A model generated the notes under the pieces. That model worked only from the letters and a program-made list of their open reading frames with translations, searched no databases and was not told the DNA's origin. A DNA stretch of 36,434 bases from assembly GCF_001194135.2 (NCBI RefSeq), contig NC_068990.1, positions 21,242,294-21,278,727 on the forward strand, given 5' to 3'. Below are positions 1 through 10,552 of this stretch, in pieces. Source of the DNA: Octopus bimaculoides (taxonomy: Eukaryota). Within the stretch, counting starts at the first letter, position 1; each line of letters begins with the position of its first letter. Position numbers and translations under genes: made by a program.

Positions 1-3
1 CAC

Positions 4-60
<57 letters not shown>

Positions 61-223
61 CGACGGGCTTCTTTCAGTTTCCCTCTACCAAACCCACTCA
101 CAAGGCTTTGGTCGGCTCACGGTTATAATAGAAGACACTTTCCCAAGGTGCCACGCTGTGGGACTGAACCCGGAACCATGTGGTTGGTAAGCAAGCTACT
201 TACCACACAGCACTCCTGCGCCT
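1..223 (-). mobile_element. tRNA-derived SINE family A, 5' part (continues out of window)
   Basis: Reverse complement reads AGGCGCAGGAGTG-CTGTGTGG (A-box-like)...GGGTTCAGTCCC (B-box-like)...CACCTTGGGAAAGTGTCTTCT...GAAACTGAAAGAAGCCCGTCG, then TA/TG microsatellite. Near-identical to 22260-22411. Confidence 0.9.
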
Positions 224-854
224 ATCTATATGTTGGTCGGATACCGAGAGTGTTCGTTTTTGGTAAGGTGAGAATTCTGTTTNNNNNNNNNNATGTATGT
301 ATGTATGTATGTATGTATGTATGTACGTATGTATGTACGTCTACACATATTTGTATTGAACCAACTATGGACAGTGTATTTGAATGCCTAAATTTCCATA
401 CTAACTGACTGACTCATATTTTAGTTTCAGGCAACGCTACAAGAATAACCACCACATTAATACCGTTAAGCCTTCTTTCTTAGCTATAATATAATGTAAT
501 ATAATATACAACCACTTAGCTACTCAATTATATTAACAAATATTTATATTTTTATTTTTGGTACATATTATCGATACTTGAACAATAATCTTGATTATTT
601 TATTATCTCCTCCAGCTGAACTTATCTCCTGACCCATATGCAACGGTACTTTCTAAGAGATTATAAAAATCACACTTGATGTAAGGAATTTTTATAAAGC
701 TTTTATATTTTATGATCTAGCGTTCATTATGTTTTATACAACTAATGCTTTAAATAAGGTAGTGTACGTTTTCAAACAATGACACTTGGCATAATGTTTG
801 ATTAACTAAAATAAATAGTTTGCCAACGTTTAACAACCATTAATATTCTTTTCT

Positions 855-985
855 TATATAGACACAAAATCTGAAATTTGGGGTGGGGATATACGGTTAT
901 ATCGACCCTAGTACTTGACTGGTATTCATTTATCGGTTCCAAAACGATCAAAGGCAAAGTCGATCTTGGAGGAATTCGACCTGCC
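855..985 (-). mobile_element. SINE family B, degenerate partial copy
   Basis: ATCGACCCTAGTACTTGACTGGTATTCATTTATCG...AAAGGCAAAGTCGATCTTGGAGGAATT aligns by eye to cleaner copies at 3872-4302. Confidence 0.75.
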
Positions 986-1105
986 CTTCCATCATTTCGG
1001 GGTCGATAAAAGAAGAGCAAGTTGAACACTAGAGTCGATGTAATCGACTTACCCCCTCTCCCGAACTTGCTGGTCTTGAACTAAACTTTGAAAACAATTT
1101 TTCAG
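985..1105 (+). mobile_element. SINE family B, 3' half
   Basis: CATCATTTCGGGGTCGATAAAA...GTCGATGTAATCGACTTACCCCCTCTCCCGAACTTGCTGG. Confidence 0.8.
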
Positions 1106-1112
1106 AAGGGAA

Positions 1113-1250
1113 AAAGACGGCAAGCAAACAGAAACTGTTACCACGCCAAGTAAAATGCTCTGCGACATTTTTTTCGACTTAACTTTCTACGTCCAAATTC
1201 CACTGAGGTCGACTTAGCCGTTCCTCCTTTCAGAGTCGATATAATATTAA
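1113..1250 (+). mobile_element. SINE family B, degenerate 5' half
   Basis: AAGACGGCAAGC...CACGCC...AAAATGC...CAAATTCCACTGAGGTCGACTTAGCC...TTTCAGAGTCGAT. Confidence 0.7.
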
Positions 1251-1542
1251 TGGATGTCTAATTGAGGGTTGTCCATCCCCTTGGAACAGTGAGAAGGCTG
1301 GCTGAATTATGTGGGTATTTCTGTGTGTATTCGATGGGGAGGAGAGGTAGGTCCTCTCCTCCTAAACAAATAAATCGACGAAGAAATGAATCAGAGAAGA
1401 CGATCTACCCGATGCCCAGCGATACTACGGATTATACTGTAATCACTCAAGGAATACGGAATGTGATCTTAATAGACATGCGATCTGTGGAAGCGCACGT
1501 AGCGATACATTAAATGCGTATACATTCCATCGAAGAATTAGT

Positions 1543-1672
<130 letters not shown>

Positions 1673-1917
1673 GGCAACAAGGATTTTCAAGGTTATTGCA
1701 GTACGCACGTTTCATGCCACTCCATTTATTTAAGTAATGCGAGCATTACATTAAATATAAAATGCAGACCGATCTTTAGCTTCACAAGGATGCAGAAAAT
1801 TTACAAAAAAATTTATTTCAGCAGAATGGACATATTACTGTTGTGACAACATTTAAACAATCTAAGTGGGAAAGAAGAATACGAAAAACCATCTTGACAT
1901 AGCTAAAACTAGCAGGC

Positions 1918-1935
1918 TTATATATATACATACAT

Positions 1936-2009
<74 letters not shown>
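1918..2009. repeat. (TA)/(CA) compound microsatellite
   Basis: Direct reading. Confidence 0.95.
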
Positions 2010-2185
2010 GAGTGTGTGTGGCAGGAGGTTTACTTCCCAACCACATGGTTCTGGATTCAATCCCGCTGCGTGTCACCTTAGGTTAGTGCCTTCTACTAGA
2101 GCCGTAGGTCGATCAAAGCATTGTGAGCGGATTTCGTAGATGGAAATTGAAAGAAGCCCGTTGTATTTATATATATAAATATACG

Positions 2186-2218
<33 letters not shown>

Positions 2219-2396
2219 CTTTGTTTCTTCATCCCCTGCCATCGGTCAATAACAGGAGCTTATCAAAATAAACCAATAGAATAGGTGCCGAGCTTTAAAA
2301 ATGTACTAATGTCTATTCATTCAGCTAAAATTCCTCAACACGATGCCTCAGCATGGCCATAGACTAATGACCGAAACAAGTAAATGATAAAAGATA
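2010..2396 (+). mobile_element. SINE family A, near full-length, diverged
   Basis: Head CCAACCACATGGTTCTGGATTCAATCCCGCTGCGTGTCACC; GAAATTGAAAGAAGCCCGTTG; internal TA/TG tract; tail CAGCATGGCC...ATGACCGAAACAAGTAAATGATAAAAGATA. Confidence 0.85.
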
Positions 2397-2439
2397 TATA
2401 GACATATATAGACAAAGTTGTGAATATAGCATTAACATT

Positions 2440-3800
2440 TTTACAGACGCTAAAGTAACTCCACCAACAAGTATGTGCAGGAGTATTTCTGATCAAAGTA
2501 CTCCTTATGGATTCATTTTAAAGCCCAAGACCATCTAACTGTACTTGGTCATACATATATTCCGTTTGCTGTCTAATTATGTGTTTACTGGGGTTAGAGA
2601 TGCTTTCTTAACCAAGTCTTAAAGATAATTAGAAATATTCTAATTCTCGTGCTGCAAGATAATGGATACGAAAGCGTTCGATGGATCTCGGTGGAAAATG
2701 CATGGGTGTGGCTAAAAGCACGGAATATTAATTATTCTTAAACCATAATCGGTATTTGACACCCGATTCTAAGAAGATGCATGAGGTTTTGAGACGTGTG
2801 AGGATCTAAAATATACAGCCTATTGCAAAATTATTTGCTAAAAGAAATGAACCTAAGACTGGATTTTAAAATAAATTTTGGTTCTTAAAAGTTCAGGAGA
2901 TAAATGAAAGTAGTATGAAAGATTGCTTGCGTACAGAATCTACTTCGAAACTATGTTAAAGAAAGTTTAAAAGCAGGATAGTTTGATCGTTTAATTTATC
3001 CGAAAATTCCAGACTTCTATGCTTTTATCTTCATAGAAATGTACTGCAATTTGGAACACTCGCAGTTATTTGAGATGAGTAGTTTTTCAGCTTCTAAGTT
3101 TTGAATTGTTTTGCTCCAGGGAGTATCTGATCGTCTAAGAATGGATTGATGTCACAAAAATTGAAGAACGTTCCAGTTGTCAGTTATAAAACATGCTTTT
3201 TCTATATAGCTCGTCCCTGATTGAGCTATTTCTTTCAGAATGAATTAAGGTTTCATATAAGGGATAATAAATCTCTGAGATGGCAGTGATAATAAGTGAG
3301 AATGAACTATACAAGAAGACAGAGGAGCTTTTCCAGACTAGTGGCATACCCATCGAGTCATGGTGCTGAGATAGAATGGAGGCTGAAGGGGAATAGGAAA
3401 CCATCTTGGACTTTAAATGAAAAAGGGAAAACATAACGAATCGAAAGAGCTACACCAGATTCAAAGACTTAAGATATGTGCCGGGAAATTTTCATTTTTC
3501 CACAAGAAAGCATGTAATTCGGAGTCTTAAAATCGAAAACAAAGAGCTGACAGATTATCTAAACTTCATAAAAAGGAGTATAAGAGAGACGATATGTTGA
3601 CTGAATATGTGGTGGTGGTAGTAGGAAGATAATTTCAGATTTTATGGAGAACTTATGGAGAATTACATGCAATCTTCTCAAAAGATATGGTAGTATTCGA
3701 GCTCACTTGCTCTTTCGAGAATCTTGGGTTTCAGTTTCAAGATCGAAAGTTAATCAGAGTTGTGCATACCTGAACAAACCCAGTTGTCACTTTCTTACAT
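2440..3800 (+). mobile_element. possible very old RLE-type (HERO/NeSL-like) non-LTR retrotransposon relic
   Basis: Repeat-free block with stop-riddled peptides SRLLCFYLHRNVL (~3010-3050), VPGNFHFSTRKHVIRSL (~3475-3530) and KDMVVFELTCSFEN (~3680-3725). Order and spacing fit RT-thumb to RLE, but matches are short and judged from memory. Confidence 0.35.
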
Positions 3801-3871
3801 CTGCGTGGATGTATTTCTTTTATTCAGAAGCATTTATTTATATCTATAAATGAATATACGTACGTAATAAA

Positions 3872-4068
3872 CCTTTCTACTCTAGATACAAAGCCCAAAA
3901 TTTTGGAGGAGGGGGCCAGTCGATTAGATCGACCCCACTACGCAACTCGTACTTAATTTATAGACCTCGAAAGGATGAAAGGCAAAGTCGACCTTGGTGG
4001 AAGTTGAACTCAGAACCATAAAGACAGACGAAATACCGCTAAGCATTTCGCCTGGCGTGCTAACGTTA
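3872..4068 (-). mobile_element. SINE family B monomer lacking first ~16 nt (second unit of a dimer)
   Basis: GTCGATTAGATCGACCCC...GAAAGGATGAAAGGCAAAGTCGACC...GCTAAGCATTTCGCCTGGCGTGCTAACGTT, abutting the next copy. Confidence 0.92.
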
Positions 4069-4302
4069 CTTATTTCTTTATTACCCAGAAGGGGTTAAAC
4101 ATAGAGGGGACAAACAAGGACAGACAAAGGGATAAAGTCGATTACATCGACCTCAGTGCATAACTGGTACTTAATATATCGACCACGAAGGATGAAAGGG
4201 AAAGTCGACCTCGGCGGAATTTGAACTCAGAACGTAAAGACAGACGAAATACCGCTAAGCATTTCGCCCGACACGCTAACGTTTCTGGCAGCTCGCTGCC
4301 TT
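4069..4302 (-). mobile_element. SINE family B full-length, long-tail variant
   Basis: Minus strand: AAGGCAGCGAGCTGCCAGAAACGTTAGC (A-box-like)...GAGTTCAAATTCCGCC (B box)...GTCGATGTAATCGAC...GGGTAATAAAGAAATAAG. Confidence 0.93.
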
Positions 4303-5049
4303 ACAAACGTATGTCTATCCTTATCAGTTTAAATAAATGTACGTAAATCTATTGTATATCGGTTTTGAATTACTGTATGCACATGATCACATGTCTTGTG
4401 ACAACTTTGTAATATTCTGTATTGAGTGAACAGACTCTGCTGGTAAATAAAGTGAGCAGGCACGAGGATGTGAAGACCAAACAAAGATACTTTGGAACTA
4501 TACTTCATTTAGGATGCGTAAAGAAACACTGGGAGACTGGTCGTGCAGGGTAGAAGGCCGGACTACTATATGCATGAATACAAGGGGCTATTTAAGGTTT
4601 ATTTTGTAGGAAAAGTGAAACAGATATGGAAATATGAAGCAGCAACATCAACAAAAGGTAACAGATATTGCTTTTTCTCGACCATCACTGGTCGCAACTT
4701 AACAAATGATCAAAGAAAAAAAAATGCTTTTTCATTAGTCCCAGACCATGAAACGGAAACTCGTGTCCCAGTAGTACCATTTCATCATTATGTGACAATG
4801 GTAAAAAGCTGAGGATTGAACGAGGGTCAGAAAATTTCGAGGAAAACTGAAAAATTAAAAGAAACAGAAGAAATGGAAGGAGCTAAGATGGGTGTGTAAA
4901 ACTCAGAATGAAACGATTTGGCGCAGCCTTTTGGGTGCAGCCACGGCTGACTAGGCATACAGCCTGTTTTGGTGACAGTATTTTTGGGCGCTGGAAGCAA
5001 ACGCTGTTTTCGCACGAGCCGAAATATATACATACATATAGATTGTAAG

Positions 5050-5059
5050 ATAGAGAGAA

Positions 5060-5099
<40 letters not shown>

Positions 5100-5109
5100 N
5101 NNNNNNNNN

Positions 5110-5149
<40 letters not shown>

Positions 5150-5218
5150 TGAAGGGGAAAGATATAGTTTATTAAACGACTCATTATATACATAGAGAGA
5201 TATACTCACACATATAAA

Positions 5219-5258
<40 letters not shown>
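5050..5258. repeat. (GA)n tracts with a 10-N gap
   Basis: Direct reading. Confidence 0.95.
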
Positions 5259-5261
<3 letters not shown>

Positions 5262-5449
5262 GCAAGATGAGACGGAAAGACAGAAAAAACCATTCGAATG
5301 TCTGATGTCAAATAAGTCAGCGCCAAATCAGCGGTGCTAGAGATGCGGTGCTAAAATGGTGCTGGTAAAACCTCTAATACCATAAAAAACTCCTAAGAAG
5401 TTAAACAACTCATAGAAACGCATATAATTCGCAGTCTTGCGATTAATCA

Positions 5450-6025
5450 TTTACTTCCTGATAGCAAATGGTTTATGAGATGTTGGCTGTGGAAGGAGGG
5501 AAAATATGGTGGTGTTTTGAGAAAGACTCAAACTGTACAGTTATTCATGAAAACCACACCGTTGTCCCAGCATACAATTAAACATGCATTTCGACTAGAC
5601 AGTGCATGTTATTTATTCCATCTAATACAGAAAATATTTACGCATATTTCTAAGCTTATGATGAAGGTCATCTCATTGTTGTATTCCTTTGGCTGCGAAA
5701 GGCAAACAGTTTCTCATTGTCATGTCAAAATAATTCTATAACAGAAAAGATTTAAAGGATTAAAGACAAACTCTTCTTCATCGGTCAAAACTCCGTGAAC
5801 TTGTTCAGATGCATCTTGTTGAAGGATTCGGGTGCCTCTTGGAAGGAGGGTTCCCTGTCTTCTGGCAAGAACGTATATCATGGAGTTACTCTAAATTACT
5901 CCGATTTCCACCTAGAATTTCAACTATTTTCTGAGATCATCCAGATGTCTTTCGGCGCCTTCCGGATATGGACCCAGTTGAGAAGCTAGCGGTCCATATG
6001 ACCCTTGAGGGTTTCTATAAGATTA
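5450..6025 (-). mobile_element. possible piggyBac-like relic
   Basis: Minus strand begins AAACCCTCAAGGGTCATATGGACC with a repeated GGTC(C)ATAT motif. Peptide LIVCWDNGVVFMNN (5540-5581) and frameshifted PQP/HLINH resemble the PGBD-type IVCRWNDNSVV...QP motif. No second TIR or TTAA found. Confidence 0.3.
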
Positions 6026-6499
6026 TTAGTTAAAATTTATGTGTAATATATTGGTTATTCTTCTCTCATGCACAAAATATTAAGAAAATATATTTTAATG
6101 CAATTCCTCATGACATTTGTATATAAAAATATGAGAAGAATTTTTTAAAACAGCGAATGGCTATGAGGTTCCAGACGAATAAAACAGGAAGCAGAATGGT
6201 CCATAATTAAAAGAAAAGTTGAGAATCACAGCTTTAACCAATGTCATAATTTTACGAAATCCATTTGAAGAACAGACATTTTTATATTTACAAGTACGAT
6301 TCGCAAATTAGTGGAGGAATAAAATGATTCTAATTCTTATCTGGTTATTTATTTATATATTCATTTGTTATATTCTTGAACCGAAAAAGAACAAGATTGT
6401 AAGTGGGCGGCGTGTGCTTTATTTGTCTCACCCAGGTAAAATAAAAACATATGCACTGCGATATAAGGAAATGTAAACAAATGACGAAAATGGATACGC

Positions 6500-6544
6500 A
6501 TCATGTATATATGTATATATATTTACATACATATATTTGTACAT

Positions 6545-6599
<55 letters not shown>

Positions 6600-6761
6600 C
6601 ATACAACTATATATATATATTTACATACAGGTGTATATACACAATAAACTTATATATATTCGTATACATATACATACGTATTTTACTCTCACACGCACAT
6701 ACTCAGTCACACGCAAATTTACATATGCACAAGCACACACAGACACAAACACACAGACACA

Positions 6762-6813
<52 letters not shown>
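6500..6813. repeat. degenerate (TA)/(CA) low-complexity tract
   Basis: Direct reading; source of ORFs 6451-7059, 6503-6823 and 6621-6812. Confidence 0.9.
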
Positions 6814-6816
<3 letters not shown>

Positions 6817-7405
6817 TATCTGAGCAAAGCCATGTTTTATATTGTCGCATTTGTTCCATTGTCAATATCGGAAGCCAAATATTATTGGTATTTTCCGAAA
6901 TATTCTATCGTTAAAGATTTTCTTCTCCGACAACACATTGTTTTTATTTTATGCCAAACGCATGAAATTAAACGGTTTCATATATTGCAAATAGCAAATA
7001 TGAAAAGTGAAGGCACTGTTCTGATAATACAATCGGAAGCCTTATTTGGCTTTTCATGAAAATTCTAATTAATTTCATCATATTGAAGCATTATCTGCGA
7101 TCTGTAGTTGATTGCCTAATACAATGTTTCAATGTACACGCAAGATTTCCGATAAAATTACTTCTCAAATTATCACTGCTATTATCCATTTCGGTAGAGT
7201 AACAGAAAACAGGAAGAAAGCTTGACTTAACACCGAACAATATTTAGTCACAGATTAAATTTTTCTAATACACTTTAGCTGCTTAATATATAATTATTGA
7301 AGCAGTAAAATAATTTTTCACTTGCATTGCTATATAATTATCGTGTCAATGGCGAATCAAGAAAAAAATTATCAGTATATCTCTTAACTTCATACCAATT
7401 ATTTC

Positions 7406-7407
<2 letters not shown>

Positions 7408-7480
<73 letters not shown>
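7408..7480. repeat. (CT)n(CA)n microsatellite
   Basis: Direct reading. Confidence 0.95.
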
Positions 7481-7482
<2 letters not shown>

Positions 7483-7499
7483 AGCGATGTTTTCACAAA

Positions 7500-8590
7500 T
7501 ATTAAGTTGGAAACAAAGTCCTTTCGCATTTCAAAATGTGGAAGAAGCAAATGCTTCTTTGATATTAAGTGATATTTCCCATCATTACTTAAGAAAATAA
7601 TCCCATTTATTTAGCAAATCATTTAACCCTGTGGTGTAAAAATTATTCAGGATTCGATGCAAAACTCACTGTTATTTTTAACCTCTCCACAATTTTAAGA
7701 AACTGGTTTCTTAATCGTTAACGTTGCAATGATCTGAAAAGATCAAAACTAGATGGAGCAAGATGAAGACAGTAAGGAGGATTAGGCGGAACTTTTTAAT
7801 TTAGTGGCATGATCTTTTGCTAAATAACTTGGGTAATATGTGATCTTGCATTATCGGGTAACGGCAATATCCCTTTCCGACTGAGAAAAAATTATGTCTT
7901 CTGCTAATTGTTGTGCATCGCTTCCAATTGACAAGAATACCTCTCCGTTTTAACTGTTTCATTTTAGTTACACACCTTCATGTAACACAACCTGCTTTAT
8001 ATTCCACCAAACACAGAGCATAACATTTTTCGGTGGGTATTCCAGGTGTAATCATGGGTTTTCTTTTATATTGGGTTCTAATCAATGACATTTTCTTTAG
8101 AGAATCCACATTTCATTACTTGTGAGGATTTTTCTTCCCAGGAAAGTTTGGCATCATATTTCATTTTTCATTGATGAGCAGTCACACTTTGTTTAAGCTG
8201 AATGTATTTTATGATCGAATTGGGAATTGAATTGAAATGTTCTGCTAATTTTTGTGCCGTTTGTTTTGGATTTTCCTCAACTGCAGTTTTCAGGAATTCA
8301 TTACCGACAGAAATCCATCGTCCAGATCACAGAGAACCTACCAGAGAAAATTTCCCGTGCGTATTTAGCCAAATAATAGTTGGCATGTCCAGTATTTAAT
8401 TCTTCATTTCTACAGACAGAATGAATATATTTCTGGTCGCTTCCAAGGCTGAAGAGTCCTTTTGAATTCATACAGTGACTGATATGAATCTAATCTTAAA
8501 TTGATGATAAAAAGGTTAAAATCAATACGAATTTTTAAATAGATTCTTTATGAGCTTGCACCACAAACATAACTGTCAAATTATTTAGTA
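7500..8590 (-). mobile_element. decayed mariner (DD34D) transposon; transposase pseudogene ~7570-8480
   Basis: Minus-strand peptides in canonical order: LYEFKR; RSGRWISVGNEFLKTAVEENPKQTAQKLAEHFN (HTH); ILTSNEMWIL (cf. IVTGDEKWI); PKNVMLCVWWNIKQV; PDNARSH (cf. HDNARPH); PNPPYCLHLAPSSFDLFRSLQ (cf. PYSPDLAPSDFHLFRSLQ); FYTTGLNDLLNKW. TIR-like TA-TTAAGTTGGAAACAAAGTCCTTTCGCATTT at 7500-7531. Many stops and frameshifts; the other TIR is not clearly identified. Confidence 0.9.
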
Positions 8591-8869
8591 AACCTTCTTT
8601 AGGGTCTGATTCCAATTCTTCGTCGAGGTTCCATTTATTGATTCATCCGACCACGTTCGATTCCAGTCCAAACAATTACGCTTTTCCATACAAATTTGTG
8701 GTCTTGAACCAATCTGACAAATCATTGTTTAGGGACACTGATCAATGGAATAAATCTTTCTCTTTCCATTGTGACTTAAATTTCAACCGCAGTCGTTTTT
8801 GCCTTCATTCCCACAGAAGCGTTTGTATAAATACCATTCAAGCAACATCTTCTTTTATTTCATTCTTAA

Positions 8870-8901
<32 letters not shown>

Positions 8902-8902
8902 G

Positions 8903-8949
<47 letters not shown>

Positions 8950-8960
8950 TCTTTCTCTTA
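8870..8960. repeat. (CT)/(CTTT)n microsatellite
   Basis: Direct reading. Confidence 0.95.
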
Positions 8961-9009
8961 CTTCACCGAGTATTCTAGGAATCGATGTCAGTTTATGGCT
9001 AATACTTAT

Positions 9010-9420
9010 CAGCGACATATCTTTAGGTCATTGGTTCTCCCGTCTTGCTTTATAGCTGTGAGACTTGGATACTGTCTGGGGACCTTAGGAGGCGTCTGAA
9101 CTCCTGTGACACCAGGGATCGGATTTCGTATCCAACCAACAACTCTATTCAGAAACTCGGATGTGTGCAGTTACATGCAAGTTTCAGAAGCGCCACTTCT
9201 GACTGTTTAGCCATGTTGCTCAATTTTCCCTGCTTACTACCTTCTCTTCACTGAGAATTCTGCTGGATTGACGGCTCATGTTGGTCAACCACATGCCACA
9301 TGGTCACAGCAGATGAACTATCTCGTAGAGTTGGGGACTGACTGGGACTCTGCTCGAGAAGTCGTTCGGGAGGACCCGGGAATATACCGATGATTGGTGA
9401 ATGCAGCATTATCGTTGTCT
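9010..9420 (+). mobile_element. RTE-clade LINE 3' fragment (RT C-terminus, pseudogenised)
   Basis: IFRSLVLP/VLLYSCETWILSGDLRRRLNS (frameshift ~9040), then KRHF*LFSHVAQF and GQPHATWSQQM, matching RTE motifs LPVLLYGCETW, RQLRxxGHVAR and GRPxxxW. Confidence 0.85.
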
Positions 9421-9435
9421 GACTTAAAATGCCAG

Positions 9436-9558
9436 CGACATCGACTTACCCTTCATACATTGGAGATCGATAAAATAAGTACCAATCAAGTGGTGAGGTT
9501 CAGACACTCGATTCGCTCCCTCCAAACTTGCTGACCTTGTTGCTTAATTTGAAATTAT
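9436..9558 (+). mobile_element. SINE family B 3' half, diverged
   Basis: ATCGACTTACCCTTCATACATTGGAGATCGATAAAATAAGTACC...AAACTTGCTGACCTTGTTGC. Confidence 0.7.
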
Positions 9559-9763
9559 TCTTTTCTAATCTAGGCACAAGGCCCGAAATTTTGGGGGAGT
9601 GGGGCCAGTCGATTATATAGACATCACCACTACGTAACTGGTACTTAATCTATCGACCCCGAAAGGATGAAAAGCAAAGTGGACCTCAGAAAGTAAAGAC
9701 AGACGAAATACCACTAAGCATTTCGCCCGGTGTGCTAACGTTTCTACCAGCTCGCCGCCTTAA
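9559..9763 (-). mobile_element. SINE family B full-length with 13-bp TSD
   Basis: Full head (CAGCTCGCCGCCTT) and tail (TCTAGGCACAAGGCCCGAAATTTT). AATTTGAAATTAT is duplicated at 9546-9558 and 9764-9776. Confidence 0.93.
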
Positions 9764-10008
9764 AATTTGAAATTATCATTTAAGAACATTGATCAGTAGA
9801 ATTAGAATATTTTACGATCGCATTTAAACTACTGCTGGAGTCGCTTTGACCATCATTCCCACAGAATCTTTTAAATAAGTACCATTCCAGTAATAAGTAT
9901 ATATCGTAACGGCTACGTATCTCTTCCTCACCCAGCATATAAAAATCATTATTACTATTACCAATGGTATACACTAAAGTCAAGACCATTGGTCTGTTTT
10001 CTTTGCAT

Positions 10009-10130
10009 CGACTTTGTCCTTCATCCTTTCGGGGTCGATAAAATAAGTACCAGTTGAGCACTGGGATCGATGTAGTCGACTTACCACGTTCCCCGACATT
10101 ACTGAAATTGTGCCAAAATTAGTTTCATTT
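10009..10130 (+). mobile_element. SINE family B 3' half
   Basis: CTTCATCCTTTCGGGGTCGATAAAATAAGTACCAGTTGAGCACTGGG...TGTGCCAAAATT. Confidence 0.88.
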
Positions 10131-10339
10131 AAGGCGGCGAGCTGGGAGTATGGATAGCACGCCGGGGAAAATGCTTAGCATTTTGTCCGTGTTTATGTTC
10201 TGGGTTCAAATGCCGCCGGGTCGTCTTTTCATTTCATCATTTCGGAATCAATAAAATAGGTACCAATTGACTACAGAAGTCAATTTAATCGATTTACCAT
10301 TTCATCGAAATTGCTGGACTTTTGCCAAAATTTGAAAAT
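10131..10339 (+). mobile_element. SINE family B full-length, diverged
   Basis: AAGGCGGCGAGCTGG...GGGTTCAAATGCCGCC...AAATTGCTGGACTTTTGCCAAAATTTGAAA. Confidence 0.88.
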
Positions 10340-10341
10340 TC

Positions 10342-10552
10342 GAAGGTGGTTACCTGGCGTAATCGTTAACTGCTGGGCAAAATGCTTAGCGGTATTTCGT
10401 TCGACTTTAACATGTTCAGATTCCACCGACTCTGCCTTCCATCCTTTCGGGAGTCGATGAAATATGTTCCAGTTGAGAACTGGGGTCGATGTAATCGACT
10501 TACCTCGTTCCACGAAATACCCGGCCTTGTGCCAACGTTTGAAACCGATATT
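10342..10552 (+). mobile_element. SINE family B full-length, diverged
   Basis: AAAATGCTTAGCGGTATTTCG...CCATCCTTTCGGG...GTCGATGTAATCGAC...CCTTGTGCCAACGTTTGAAACCGATATT. Confidence 0.88.

Noticed and set aside
1338-1362. Perfect 10-bp hairpin GGAGGAGAGG-TAGGT-CCTCTCCTCC
   Set aside because: Low-complexity purine/pyrimidine stem in eukaryotic DNA with no supporting context; not a terminator call.
4880-5390. Short inverted motif GATTTGGCGC/GCGCCAAATC around GA repeats, possible MITE
   Set aside because: The inversion does not extend to defined termini and no TSD was found.
6451-7059. 202-aa ORF
   Set aside because: Mostly TA/CA repeat translation with no recognisable domain.
8700-9900. Peptide LEWYL(Y/F)KRFCGN recurring on the minus strand at ~8800-8850 and ~9840-9895, suggesting duplicated exons
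   Set aside because: The DNA aligns to the family-B SINE body (TGGTACTTATTT...CAAAG-CGAC...), so these are old SINE remnants.
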